A stretch of DNA of 62,376 nt, filler included, from Sluysia triapertura (lineage: Eukaryota): the NCBI GenBank assembly GCA_046118255.1. It is 5 parts of 5 records of this genome, joined end to end, with 100 filler letters (N's around TTAATTAATTAA, not from the genome) between each part and the next. Parts side by side here need not be neighbours in the genome. Positions count along the whole stretch, not along the records: positions 24,810 to 39,406 come from JBJNIA010253969.1; positions 39,507 to 50,768 come from JBJNIA010186636.1; positions 50,869 to 62,376 come from JBJNIA010183968.1; 2 more parts are not named here. The stretch is one strand, 5' to 3'. Position numbers and translations under genes: made by a program. The notes below the pieces were generated by a model, which was given only the letters and a program-made list of their open reading frames with translations, was not told the DNA's origin and ran no database searches. Positions 38,537 to 52,649 of the stretch are shown in pieces; positions within the stretch are counted from its first letter, which is position 1, and each line of letters begins with the position of its first letter.

Positions 38537-39506
38537 ATAAATTAAAAGAAAGTCTCAAAAATGTAGGGTGCGCTAAAAACTTCTAGCTGTCTGGAGGCAA
38601 ATGAAATTTATTTAAAAAAATTAATAACAATAGTCAAATTTATAAGAAGATTTTTCGTTGATTCCTTTATGTGAAATCTTTAAAAGTTAATTCCAGCTAA
38701 AGGTAAATGCTAGCGGTTGAAATCATAAAGGACGACTGATTTTATAACTGAAGATATAATTTGTAATTTAATAAAAATTCAAAAAATTAATATAATTTAT
38801 TCGCAAAAGATGTTTTATAATAATACAATGACAGTATAAATATCTATTTTACTAAAATTAACTATACAAGTTAATTTCCTATCAAAAATTTTAAATAATA
38901 TTTTACGAATAGATCTATGAAAAGATCCAACAGTTTACAAAAGAATTTACGTAAGTTGTTACCTGTGATACTATACGTATCTATCTTAAAATAATTAAAC
39001 AAATGCGGTTTACAAAAATATTCGTAAATCGTATAGAATTTGATTAATCTTCAAGAAGCACCAATTTGTCAAAAGTTGTTAAAAAATTGTTAAAACAAAA
39101 ATTGTGTTTAAAAATTGTGTTTAAGTTATAAAAATTACAAGCTTAAATAGTGTCAATTCGGCCTTTACAAAAATTAAAAAATTGAAACAAAAATTAAAAA
39201 CGAAATTAAAATAATTTTTGTAAACTACATTAGATGATATTTTACGCAAAATTTTAAATAATAAAATTTTAAATAAATAATACACAAAATTTAAATAATC
39301 AAAAAATACTTTTACAAAAATTAAATCCAATTGATTAACAAATATTCATAAAAATATGATATAAAAATATAATTAATCAATACATTTTCTAATAATTAAT
39401 CAATAANNNNNNNNNNNNNNNNNNNNNNNNNNNNNNNNNNNNNNNNNNNNTTAATTAATTAANNNNNNNNNNNNNNNNNNNNNNNNNNNNNNNNNNNNNN
39501 NNNNNN

Positions 39507-39552
<46 letters not shown>

Positions 39553-39761
39553 GTAATTAATAAATTCTAAAGTAATTTGTAGAGAAGAAAAAAGAAATTC
39601 TTTTGTGACTACAAAAGCAATTCCAATAGACAAAATTGCGTTTTATCATTTTTAGTATCATTTCTTATGTTTATAAATAGAATGGATAATAATAATAATT
39701 ATAGTAATTATGATAATTATCATAATAAATATAATAATTATAATTATAAACCTTGTTACAG

Positions 39762-39892
39762 GAGGCTGTGATGAAACTCTGAATTTACATTCCGAAGGCA
39801 AACTATTACCGATGATTGAAGCAGTACCAAACGGTTTTAATTACGATTTAATAGTTATTGGTGGTGGCTCAGGGGGTCTTGCAGCTGCAAAG
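39762..39892 (+). CDS. TGR: Thioredoxin-glutathione reductase exon (end of glutaredoxin domain + FAD-binding motif)
   Basis: ttacag|...|gtaagc; GGCDETLNLHSEGKLLPMIEAVPNGFNYDLIVIGGGSGGLAAAK; ends in phase 0. Confidence 0.93.
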
Positions 39893-42154
39893 GTAAGCTT
39901 ATATTATGATTTATACAAAATAATTATTATAATTGCAAGAAAATAATCTTATCTAAAGTGTGTTTTTAAACTATGTTTACTATACTATCGGTTACTTGCT
40001 TTGCATTAAGTTGAAATGTTTCTATTAGATTTAGATAAATCAACGTGCACTTATTAGCGTCCATGGAGAAACCTGCATAAAATGGTTTTTAGTGATTTAT
40101 TTAAACGGTAGAAGGTTTTATATTCCCCAATTTTTATTTTAAATATCAAATAAATATAAATTTATATAAAATATATTAGTACTTATGAAATCATGCAATA
40201 TAGTTTAACTGAATATTTATATCCACTTTCTTTATAAAATCTAAAGTTACCTTCGTAATTTTGAAGACATTATCTGCAAAAAGAGTGATAATTAAATTTT
40301 TATTGTCTGTTATCTTGTGAATAATTCTTTGATCTTGAATTAATCTTGTATTAACGTAAATTTTAAAAATCATGAATAGTGTAATAACTGAAAATTTAAT
40401 GTATTCAAAAAAGTAAAACACTTATATCTGACACAAATATATACGTACTTTGCGATTCTGAATATAGATTAATGACTAAAATGTATGTATATTTTATTTT
40501 ACATCAGAGTAAACATAATAATCTGAGTTATTATTACATTTTAAATGCGAAGGTAATCTCTCTAGAACATTTCTATAAGCTTTTTAAACACGTAGGGGAT
40601 ATTTTCTTAAGATGTTTGGGTGTTTCCTGCTATAAACAGGATTTTTCAAATCAAGAGCGAGGTAGAATGAACGTGGCGGTTATCACTAATCCATATTCCA
40701 GCAAAATTTAAACTTAATCACTTAATAACGTTTGATTTGTGAAGTAGAGAAATATTCAGTAATTTCACTGTGTTTCAGTATTGCAAAAAATTCATTTAGC
40801 AACATTTCTAAATAATTTTGACCATTTACAGTCTCGCTAATAAAGAAAGGCATTATGATATCATCACTTTAGATTGCTGTTCAAATAATAATGTCTCGAG
40901 CCTTCGTGACTTTATCACAATTCGCGTGTGGATTATTATCAGATCAGTAGATTGTAAATTCCCTAAATTCAAAACTAGCCTCATCTTTCTACTAAACTTT
41001 GATTCATTTTTATTTATAACTTTAACTGATGCAATCAAGAGTAGCCGACATTTTAATTAGATTAGGACAGTACCTAGTTTCTCCGAATAATACATTATTG
41101 ACAATACCTGTTTGGAAATTATTAAAATTTATTGCTCCACTAGATTTATTTTTTTACGTCAGCATCCTCATTAATTTCTTCCATTTTATATCAATTTTAT
41201 TATAATTTTTATTATATCTTTTTTATTATAAGTTGATTCATCATTATAAATTCAGGACCAACGCATAATAATTGAACTCATTTGATTGTACTTATATCTA
41301 TTTAGCATAACTTACATAAACAGTTTTATTAATTCTCGAGCAACAATTTCCAATATCACTTTTAGGTAGATCACTGTTTAAAAGAACGGATTTACTTGTG
41401 AATTAGATCCTGCAGATCGCGTAGCCTTTTACTTTGCAAAAAGTTAAGTCGTTTTGTAATAGTTTGTTTATTCGATTCTATTTATTCTAGAAGAATATCT
41501 TTGTAATTGAATGTTTTTGAAGTCATGATTGGGAAATACTGACATTGTTAAAACGTGTATTTTCTGAACAAAGTTGTTCTGTTCTTTGTTCTCCCAGTAT
41601 AAACAAACAGTCTTTCTTCTCTTTAGGTGTTGTAAATACGTCGAGATTCTCTGTTGAAAACAATAATAAATAAAGTAAAAAGAATTAATTAATTACTTTT
41701 ATTTGTGAAATGGTAGACAATGGAATCGTAAAATCTAGAAATTGTACTACTTCAACTTATCATTGCTTGATAATTTAGAATTATTAAATTTTTCTGGTAA
41801 ATCTATTTTATTCTGGCGCAGCACATACTTCTACAACATTTATCATCAATGTATTAGGCCTGACTTCTAACCTTTCTCGACGATCACTTGACAATTATAT
41901 TTCAAGAAATGGCATGAAAAAAATTTAGGTATCTAAAACTAAAATTTAAATTGTATGTCAAATATAATTTCAATATTAACAAATAAATAATTTTTTTGGC
42001 TTTAATTCAATACACACCACTTTATTATTTATTAAATTCTTTGTTTTTTTTACTTAAATGAAATATGAATTGGCAGCTAAAGTGCCAATTCACATTTTAT
42101 TGGTTTGTCTTAAAAAAATCAATGTCTAGATTTTGCACTAATGAAGATTAATGA

Positions 42155-42174
42155 TATTATTATTATTATTATTA

Positions 42175-42220
<46 letters not shown>
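42155..42220. repeat. (TTA)n microsatellite; others at 11098-11108, 34150-34200 and 39507-39551
   Basis: Direct inspection. Confidence 0.9.
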
Positions 42221-42221
<1 letters not shown>

Positions 42222-43379
42222 ATATTATTAATTTAATGTAATAATAAATGATTGTGTAGATCGACAAATTTTAAAACCATAAATAATTGATTGTGATAAG
42301 TTCCTATTTTTAGTAGTGTATAAATGTGCAATAACAAACCACACCATACGATGCAGTAAATTGATAACAAATTTTGATTTTATAATTTTCTTCTCTTTTT
42401 GGAAAAGTTCATTTAATGTAATTTAACTTTTGAATTTGGTGGACATTTTGATCCATGAACTAAAAGCAAGCCAACTTATCATGTACATGAGCTGAAATGA
42501 TCAAGTCAATCTCGAATGCATAATCTACTTTAGATATTTGCAGTATCACTATTTATTAAATTTACAATTAAATTATTTTATTAATCATAAATCAATCTGA
42601 AGCCATTGTGCGGTAGTGGTTATGTTTGTTTCATATGTCCAATAATGAGTTAGTTTAAATTTTACCTCGTATGGTCCTCCGTAATGTAATTTTCATTTCA
42701 TCAATAATTTTGTCCTACTACAACTGAATTTATGATTATTTTACAACCTTTTAAGTTGAAAATTTGCATTACTAATACAAATATTTTGGGCAGACATTTT
42801 ATTGTGGCCAAGTTCAAAAGTTTTCTGGTGGATCTAACGTTTTCGTATTTTATTTACATCGGATACGTCTTTATAATGTTAAGTATGAGTTCTTTTTTCA
42901 ATTTGTATTTTTCTCGGCTTCATACATTTCGTTCATCTCTTCGAACTTAATGGTTTATTTTTTAGTTTTTAGATAATGGCTTTAATTTTCGAAACGATGG
43001 TGGTCCCAAAATATCTGTAGTATAAGAAATGAACGTGTTGATTTATTAGTAAAATTTTTCTGATTTTCTATTCTTATTACTTGTACTTTTATTATTAAAA
43101 TATTTATATGGTTCTTCATTTGAATCGCTATAATAACTACCCTTTAACTTTTGGTCAATTTAAAATTATTCAGATAATTTTATAAAGTTTATTCTTAGTC
43201 TAGCATCTTATTAATTTTTAGTCTGATGGTATTTTTGTTGTACTACGAATTGTAATCGCTTATAGTTCTGCAATATTAAATGATTTTACGGAACTAATTA
43301 CATGATTTTAACTCTAAAATCCTTTAAGAAGTACATAAATATTAGATTCGATTAGATAAATATTAAACATTAATTCGAC

Positions 43380-43650
43380 TTTTACGATTGTTATATTGGA
43401 TCCATTTCTTATCACAAGTGACAATGAGATTCAAAAATGGGATCAGATTTTTAAGCTTTCGTTTCTGTTTTTCATTCAGTTCATGTGGAACCCACTTATC
43501 CAACTTTTTCACTTTATCGATTTGAGCTAATTGACTTAATACCTAACTCCAACTATAATTCATAGGCACTCTGAGATGATTCAGTCTCATCAATTACATT
43601 TAGTTCGTCATTATTAACCTTTGATTCATTTGCCAAATGGAAAACTACGT
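43380..43650 (-). mobile_element. mariner transposase fragment
   Basis: KVKKLDKWVPHELNEKQK and PFLNLIVTCDKKWIQYNNRK. Confidence 0.9.
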
Positions 43651-44767
43651 TTTTATTATTTCGAAAGTCACGCATATTTTATGTTTAAAAACCACATTTT
43701 TGATATTTAAAAATCACATATTTTTTTAATTGAAGGTCAAATCTAACATTAAATTAAGATAAAAGTTAAAATTTCTTAAAATTTAAATTAAAAGTAAACA
43801 TAAGATTAATAATTACTTGTAGCATCTGTTCATTACATACCTACAGAAATATTGTATATTAAATTTCGTTGTAAATTTAGTAAATTAAGCGTTCGACTTA
43901 TTATTTGAGTACATAATCAGGTCTTTGCACTTTTATCAGATTCGCAGTAAACAACGGAGACGAGTTTAGAATTTACCTTTAATATAAATCCGCTTAATCA
44001 AAATATACTTACTTTGTTACAATGTTAGTTGATATTGTATCTTAACTCGTTCAGTTCATTCAAACTATTTTTTAATGAAGAGTTTCACTTGACTACAATC
44101 TATATGTTATTAAATCTAGTTTATGAAATATTTGTATATGATAGCGTGAGTCCTTTACTCGTGTCAGCTGTTATGGCTAATTTTTTAATAACCATAGAAA
44201 ATCATAAATGTCATGAATAAGTTTAATAATTTAGGCCAAAAATCATAATTTTACCTTTTTTAATGGAAATGGTCTAAATTATAAGATCGGATTGATGATG
44301 ATATCTCTGAATTTACGGCGACGGAATCAATGTTTTTTTGATTGATTATTTTTTTTCATTTCTGTTTTCTATTTATATTTGTCTTGATATTAATTTAATT
44401 GATTTTCGGCTTATACAAATTATTCATAATAGTCCAAACAAATAAATTATACTTGTCATATAGAATTATACAAATTATTTATAATAATAGAAATAATGAC
44501 AACATAATATAATGTTATTATAATATTAATTAATATTATACTATTATAATAACATTATAATAGTTCAAACAGATTAATAAATTATAACTGTCACAGAATT
44601 ACAAATTATTTCTTTTCGGCCTAATAATTAAGATAAAACTTCACAAAATATTATTATTATTACTATTATTATTATTATTAATAACATTTGATTTTTATTG
44701 TTAAATTATTACTGTTATTATTACTAAAATTTTACATACATATTCTCTTACTCATTATTATTATTAC

Positions 44768-45010
44768 AATGGTACCTCTACTTACGTTCTGGAAGTCGTT
44801 TCGTAACGTGAAAATTTCGTAAGTAGAGCCTCTTTTCTTGTAGGTGTCCTAATCGGTTCTGAGGGCCCAAAATTCTTACATAATGCCTTAAACTCCTGAT
44901 GTGGTTCTTGCGCCGAATTTACCTCATCTACAACATCCTTCAGAAGATCATTAAAGATGACAGTTGCCTTTTCGAAAATATGGTCTCGGTCACAATGTCG
45001 CCAGCTACAT
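44768..45010 (-). mobile_element. pogo/Tigger-like fragment
   Basis: TA|CAATGGTACCTCTACTTACG Tigger-type terminus; minus strand IFEKATVIFNDLLK...EFKA resembles the CENP-B-type HTH region. Confidence 0.55.
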
Positions 45011-45716
45011 ATATCAAAAGAATGATTTTATTATTACTTATACAACAGTTTATTTGTCACATCAGTTAATACGTAATTAGTCACGTTTGATACAGAACAA
45101 CGCAAATGCATCTGGAGTAAATATTCATGTTTATAATGAAACCTGACATGTATAACAGAAATGCAATTAATCTTCATGAAAATGACATGACAAATTTTGA
45201 TGTTATGCAATCAGTTTGGTATTAATTTTGTGAACAATCATTTTATTCACATGTAGCAATAGTGGCTATTTATGCATGCAGATAAATTAAAAAACGACTA
45301 ATTCAATAATTATGTCACGTTTATGCATGGTTGTGTATTTCTTATATTCTAGTAGGCTTAATAGTCGTAAATTTGTTCCGGTGGATGACTACGCTAAATC
45401 TTGGCGTATAGTCTCCACTTAATTAAATAAAATATAAATGGATAAATTAGGTAAAAAAAGAAATTATTGAATAAATTTACTTCTTTTAGTAATAAATAAA
45501 GCATTCATTAGATTTGAACATTCCTTATATATATAATTTTTCTCACCATAAAAAATAAAAATTTTAATAATGTTAGATGTTCATGAAATGACAAAGAACG
45601 AACTTGCTTTTTATTTTATTATAAATTATTAAGTTTTTAAATAATACGTTTTAATTTTATTGTTATTTTATGACCTCAATAATGCATTGTTAAATATTTG
45701 AATTCTGAAATTTTAA

Positions 45717-45905
<189 letters not shown>

Positions 45906-46197
45906 TAATTTTTATGCACAAATGACCTGCATACAATAGTATGTGATGTCTCACTGCTTTTCTGGATTTAATTGCTGCAATGACATTATTTCCTACTCTT
46001 ATTAAGTCAATCGTTCAATTGACACTGGTCGATTCTGTGGCCCTACAATATATTACACAAGCAAAAACTAGCGAAACTCATTTTGACCCTCTTTGTTTTA
46101 TTTAGTAGCTTGACAAAAATGTTACCTTATTGTCTTTTTGCGACAAGCTGATGTAATTTATATGATTAATAAATAAAATTATCTTCCATAATAATGT

Positions 46198-46530
46198 TTT
46201 AATTTATATTGCGCTATTATCTATTGCAAAGTAAGCTGGTTGTATATTTGTGAAACATAAACGGTATATAACTAATCATCAAGATTATTATTACTGTAGA
46301 TTCTGTATACATTATACCGACTTTCTCAGAGATTTTCAAATCTTTACAATGTGAACAATTATAAATTATTTTTATAATGTTGATATATCAATGTAAATCT
46401 TTAAGATAAAGTGTTATATGAAATCTTTTTACTTGGAAGAATAGTCTTGTTATTGATTCATTATTAATTGTAATTTTTTCACTTTTTTATAATCAATTGC
46501 TAAAGTCATTGTTATTAGTTATCAATGGCT
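46198..46530 (-). repeat. Repeat family A copy (internally deleted)
   Basis: TTAATTTATATTGCGCT..TATCTA.TGCAAAGTAAG and GAAACATAAACGGTA shared with 5542-5701. Confidence 0.7.
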
Positions 46531-47329
46531 TTATTTTATAAAGACTTATTTTAAATTATTCTCGAGCAAAATAGGTCAACATTAGATATTTAAATTAAAA
46601 CGACTATACGTTTTACACGAAATGTGCTATTATTTTTTATTTGCCTTAAAATATAATTATCTCTGACTATCGAAGAAAAATAGCATAACATATTATTACG
46701 TTCGAAATTCAAATATTACATTAATTGCAATGTTAATAACAAAATTTCGTTATCGCATACAAACAATCGATAATTGCTAAAAATAAAAAAATCTCTTAAA
46801 TAAATAATTTATTGAAAGTTCAATTAAATAAATGTTTAAATTCTTTTGTCAAAAATTGTGTTTGACAGTAATATTTACATAGTTGTCATAAGTTTAATAA
46901 TTACATTGCTATAATTATATAGTTAAAGAAATGAAAAGTAAATATTTTATTTTTTTACTTTTTATTTGAAAAATTATTTGATTTATCTTAAAATCATTTT
47001 TCTAATTTAGATAGTAGGTTACAAAAGTGATGATATAAAAGTTGAACATATCAGAATTTTATTGAAAGAAAACTATTTTTGATTCGTGATGTTTACTATC
47101 ATATGTAAAATTGAAATATCACATATTTCTCCAGTAAATCTTACACCATAAGCAAGTATATCGTAATAATTCATTTTCTTTAAATACCTTTGATAAATTT
47201 TGTAAAGAAGACTAAAATAAAATATTTCATTTTTTTAATTGGTGCCATCATTTTATGTCAATTTTAGTTTGTAAACAAAGTCTACAGAAAAATAAACATG
47301 CTTCTACTTATAAATTCAAAATATATTTA

Positions 47330-48140
47330 GTCAATAAAATGATAAGCTCCCAATTTGATAACTTTCTTCCATAAGTACAATGGCGTTATTGTTCCATTTC
47401 GATTTGAAGCTGAAATATTTGTTCATTACCAGTATTCTGAGAAGCGTTGCATCGAACGGAACAGATGGTAATCCGTCGGAGAAATACTCCACTTAAATTC
47501 TGTCAATACATTCTGAGTAACTTTTGAAGTATGTGGTCTTGCATTGTGACGAAGAAAAATTAAATCTTTTGTTTATCAATACTGCCCGAAATTCTAACAT
47601 TTTATGTCTTATGTGATGTAATTGCTATCAATGTTAGACGCAACCGTTTCCAGCACAGATTTCCACCGATACCAAACACAGTCACTTTTTGCAATGGTTA
47701 GGGTTACCATTTTTTTTCGCCAAACCGGGACGGTAAAATTTTTTTCAACACCCCTCCCCAAAAAAATTTTTTTGTGTTTTTCATTGTACATATATAATTA
47801 ATTAATTACCTGTATACTAAAAAGTTCAAAGTTAGAGGCACACATAGGTCACACATACGTCACACATACGTCACACATACGTCACACATATACGTATGCG
47901 GTTGAGTCATACAGTATGACGCATCAAATATGTTTTCAAAATTTTTTTCGCAAGTTTATTGTCGCCGGATAAATATATTTTGAATCAGTTGAAGAACATG
48001 GAAAAACCGGGACATTTTTAACAACCGGCCGGGACGCTGGGACAAGTTCTTAAAACCGGGACGGTTGGAAACCCTAGCAATGGTTATTATCTTACAATAA
48101 ACTGTTGTTCACCTACCGTAATTATTCGGTCCTGATAATG
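47330..48140 (-). mobile_element. mariner transposase remnant interrupted by a hAT MITE
   Basis: DRIITVGEQ (48100-48135), then LRHNARPHTSKVT..ISPTDYHLFRSMQRF (47440-47560). Confidence 0.85.
47699..48076. mobile_element. hAT-type MITE, 378 bp
   Basis: GCAATGGT|TAGGGTTACCA ... TGGAAACCCTA|GCAATGGT: perfect 8-bp TSD and TIRs, subterminal CCGGGAC repeats, internal 11-bp tandem GTCACACATAC. Confidence 0.93.
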
Positions 48141-48949
48141 CCCTGTCATTTTGTATTTGAAATAAGTAATTTTAAGAAATGGAAAATTTTTATTATTAGC
48201 CAAGTGGTCCAAAGCATGTTTACCACTTAAAGCTTTATTAGTTTTATCACCATTATATGTCTTGCACGTTAAAGTCACTTTTCTGGTTAAATAGATTAAA
48301 ATGACGTAAAAACATGACCTAACTACATTTAATTCCAGATTACGGTCATCTACAATATTTAAATTATTTTCCTAGTCAATGGGAGTTTTACAAAGGAGCT
48401 TGGTTTTTTATAAGGCTTTAGCATTTGTCAATTCTCTCTCAGATGTGAGTTTAAGAGAATCGTCTGTTAATAATTGTTCTGTAAAATTATTCATCATTCA
48501 TTTTTGCATTTACAGTCGTAGGTATCTTTGAGTACTTTTATTTCATTCATGTGTCTTCAACCTTGACCTAACTAGATAATTTAACAGTAAGGAATTTTTC
48601 TGTGTTTAATTCGTAAAAGTACGACTTAGAAAATTCTGGAAAAGATTCCTAAATTAATTAATTAAAAAATCATTATTATTACAAATAGTATAATAAAATA
48701 CAATATACATTCTTAACAACTTAATCTCGAATTTCTTAAAGAAAAGGCCATTTCGATCTCACTATAATATAATTGAAAAAAACTCTATCAATTAAATAAA
48801 CTTTTGGATAATGTTAAAAAATTTACCTCGTAAACAAATTTTTTCACAAATTTTCTCTAAAAATTACAGAAATTAATGAATGAAAGAAAGAATATTTCCA
48901 GAAACAACATGATTGTGAGATAATCCTTCGTTAAATAAAATGGTATATT

Positions 48950-50100
48950 ATAAAAGTAAAAGTGAATTGATATTTCGAAATAAAATTTATCAACGTTTAG
49001 GACTACAGATATCAGTGCTCTCGTGATTTATGTTGAAAATATTTTATTGGATAGAATGTACATTACAACCCGACATTTAAATATGATATTTCAAGACCAA
49101 TAATGACAAAAAATTATAACTTATTTATTTTTGGAAGATTCTGAAAAGCATATCCAGTAAGCGAAATGATGTTTTCGAAACGTATGGTTTGGATCTTGTG
49201 TAATGACGTTTGAAATGACAAATACTTTGTATTGTGTAACATATCAATTACAAACGTTACTTAGAATATCCTAAATGTACTTTAATTATTATCAAAAATC
49301 AATGGAAAATAGATTAATGCAGACTATGTTAACTGATCGGAATAAGTAAAATGTTAATACTAATGATGTGAGCAGACTTGTAGTCAGCTATTATTAGTTT
49401 GAAGCATTTGAAGTAATTATACTCACGGTACATAGGTCTTTTGTAAAGTGACTTCATAGTGCTATTTTTGTAATCTTTAAATAAATGTATTAAATATGTA
49501 ATATAAACTCTAACTTTACTGTTACGATTCATATAAAGTAACTTTAAGACTTTGTTCGGTTTTTCTATGAATTTGGGTATAAAATAATCTACGTAGACCA
49601 TAAAATTCCTTGCCAAACCTATTGAATTAAGTTGGAAAAATTTTATAAATATACTTAAAATCTGGAATTAAATAAATTACACAATAATCAAAAATGTTTT
49701 TCAATTCAACATTAGAAATTTCATAAAATTAGAAATCTACTGCCCAGGAAGGGTAATCATATAAAATTTTATTATAATCAAAACTGAAAATATTTGATAA
49801 AACATGCGACTCAGTGTTACATAGAAAAACAATATTGACATTTTATGTTGATATCGGTATAACAGTTGGAGTATCTACATATCGACTTTCACTAATTGTT
49901 TGATGATGAGATGGTTCGTCTAATTGACTAGTAAAATTATTAAGTGTGAATCTGTTTTCTGTAGAAGCAACTTCTGTGTATTTTTTTTGATAATCAAGCG
50001 ACTATTATATTCTCAAAGCACTTATTCATAAATATATGTTTGTTGATTATGAGGCGTATTCATGCGCAAGATGTTGAAATTTATAAAATTAAATAAATAA
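48950..50100 (+). mobile_element. Highly decayed LINE ORF2 remnant
   Basis: ACAGTTGGAGTATCTACATATCGACTTTCACT (~49862) resembles the RT motif tvgifLDfskAFD; otherwise only coding-like composition. Confidence 0.3.
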
Positions 50101-50277
50101 TAAAAATTAATGGATTAATGTCTGAGTCAAGAATATTCGAAAAACGATTTTATATGGACGAATAGTAACAAAAGAGGCTTCCGTAATTGAAGAAATGTAA
50201 TTGTTAATAGATTGAATATTGTTTGATTTTTGCATAATTTGTGCGCAACTGTATTTATTATTATATTTTATATTTAG

Positions 50278-50328
50278 AACATTACATGGAAGATGCAAAA
50301 GTCTTTGGGTGGTCAGTGCCAGAAAGCT
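50278..50328 (+). CDS. TGR: Thioredoxin-glutathione reductase short exon
   Basis: atttag| then (K)HYMEDAKVFGWSVPES, in phase 1 with the previous exon and matching the TrxR DA..FGW motif. 3' boundary uncertain (weak GTTATA donor). Confidence 0.85.
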
Positions 50329-50868
50329 GTTATATTATTATTATAATTATTATTATATTGTTAAATTTTATTTATTTTCTACAATGATAACACACTATTT
50401 TGATATGTATATTCAAATCAGACCACAATTACTAAATATTAATAAAGTGTTGAGGACGTCTTTAAAATCTTTATTCTTTTTACAATTTTATATTTTTTTT
50501 GGTTTACAACTTTAAGAATTAGCAAACTAGAACAGTTAATTAATTTAATTTTAAAATTCATCAAAAAGGGCTTAAGGCCCGAATTAACTAACAATAAAAA
50601 CATTTTAAACGAACAATAAAATGCAGGATGTATTAATTTATATAAAAACAGATATAATAAGAATATCAAATTAATAAACGAACAATGTAATAATTTGTTA
50701 GGTAAAATTAGATTCATAATTCTGCAATCCGGAACACAGATGACGTTAAGAATTGTAACCAAATCATGNNNNNNNNNNNNNNNNNNNNNNNNNNNNNNNN
50801 NNNNNNNNNNNNTTAATTAATTAANNNNNNNNNNNNNNNNNNNNNNNNNNNNNNNNNNNNNNNNNNNN

Positions 50869-51112
50869 AAAATTTGGAAACCAAGATGAATATTTCATTG
50901 AGACAATAATAATCTATACAGAATCCACAGTGATAATAAGAGCTATCTGATAGGTTGTATACCGTTTGTTTAAAAAATATAAAACCAATACTACCATAGA
51001 ATGTCAAATTATTGGAAGATTTAAGAAAAAGGCAAAGTTGTTTCTGTTTCAGAAATATTATAGTGAATGATTTATTTTAAGCGTTTTTGAGTACTTACTT
51101 TGTAGTAAATAT
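50869..51112 (+). repeat. Repeat family A copy, opposite orientation, runs out of a gap
   Basis: Reverse complement of ~5560-5790; reads LP*NVKLLED...KAKLFLFQKYYSE* across a frameshift. Confidence 0.75.
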
Positions 51113-52255
51113 ATATTTCATGTTAACAATTTCTCGTAAGAAATTTAATTTTTGGCTTTTTAAAAAAAATTAAAGTTGTCTAAAATTTAGAAAAAAACAA
51201 TGATACAATTCTATTAAAACTTGTATTAAAAATAATAAAATTATTGTTAAAATTTATAATGTAGAAAAATAGAATGTGAATTAAAAATTGAAACAAAAAG
51301 TATTTCTATAATGGTAAACAAAATAGTAAATAAAATAATAGCAATTAAAATTAAGAAAGACAAATAATAACATACATATTATAGAATAATAACAATCATT
51401 TAAATGGAAATAGTATCAAAAATGTAATCGATTCTTCAATTATTATGAGAAGAATCGAAGCATTCTATTCAATCATTGAACTTATTTGGCATTGAATTAT
51501 TGTTCGAGTCGAAGGTATTTGGTATTTAATTGTTATTTGAATAACTGACATTTTTATAATAATTTAAAAATACATTAACATTCAACTTTGAATATTTATC
51601 AGAATAACATTTACAATAATTAAAGTGTTAAATTTAAACTAAAAGAAATTTACGAGCAACCCCAATATATAACTACGTATTATTATCCGAATGATTTTGT
51701 TTTATTACTAACGCTTGATAAATAAATTTTTGGTCAGTTTAGTTAATATTATTTGATTTTAAGAAGAGCTTGAATTTTGACATTAATTAAACAAAGTTGC
51801 ACTTCTAGTCTTACACCAGAGACAAGTAAACAGGAGTTATTATTAAATCAAACAAAAAGTTATTATTCAAACAATAACAACTCCCACATATATTTTTCTA
51901 ACAGCTGCTTTATTCTTTTAATATTCATTTATTGATTTATTGCCTTTTTTATAGATTTATTTTCTGTTATTTTCAAGGAATTGAAAAATTTTCTATCGCG
52001 TTTAGAAAAGATGTATTACATGCAATGTTATTAATTAGTTGTACTATGTACACTAAAAGAGATACTCTTTGTATCATTTGAAAGATTCAATGGTTCACCA
52101 ATAATATTTAATGTTTGTTTTTAAAATAACATGCAAACAAATCCAATAATTGCAATACCAATTTCATTAATAAAACTATTAGTATCAATCATGGTACTTT
52201 TTTGTTAGCCGCTAGATCATTGGTATATTTAGTGCTAATTTTATTTATATTTAGA

Positions 52256-52649
52256 CTCATCAAAACCTACTTCAGAAGCAATAACCTCAGATACAAATTC
52301 TGTAACTACCAATCACATTGAAATTACAAAAAATAACAATTTAACTAATCCAACATCTATTATTGATCGTTTGGTCGAAATAATACCTCAGTGTTGGACG
52401 GAAACACCAGATTCTCGCATAAATTGTTTAAATATTAAAAGATATATAACAGAGTCACGTGACATAGTTACTACTAAAGTAATGAAGTCATGTGATGTTA
52501 ACTATGAAACAATGCAATTACACAATTCTGTTTCTGTGGCAACACCATTTCCGTCGGCATTACAAGAATGTCCACAACAGCAACAGCAGCAACATCAAAC
52601 ATCTTGCATAGATGAATCATCTCATTTAATATCGACTATTTCAGAATAG
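52256..52649 (+). pseudogene. Exon-like Ser/Thr/Gln-rich open frame inside a TGR intron
   Basis: atttag acceptor, then ~130 open codons (SSKPTSEAIT..LVEIIPQCWTE..PQQQQQQHQ..SE*). Neighbouring exon-like pieces contain stops. Confidence 0.35.

Noticed and set aside
40500-43300. Decayed LINE on the minus strand (YCIVW, possible endonuclease traces)
   Set aside because: Only vague motifs; order and boundaries are not supportable.
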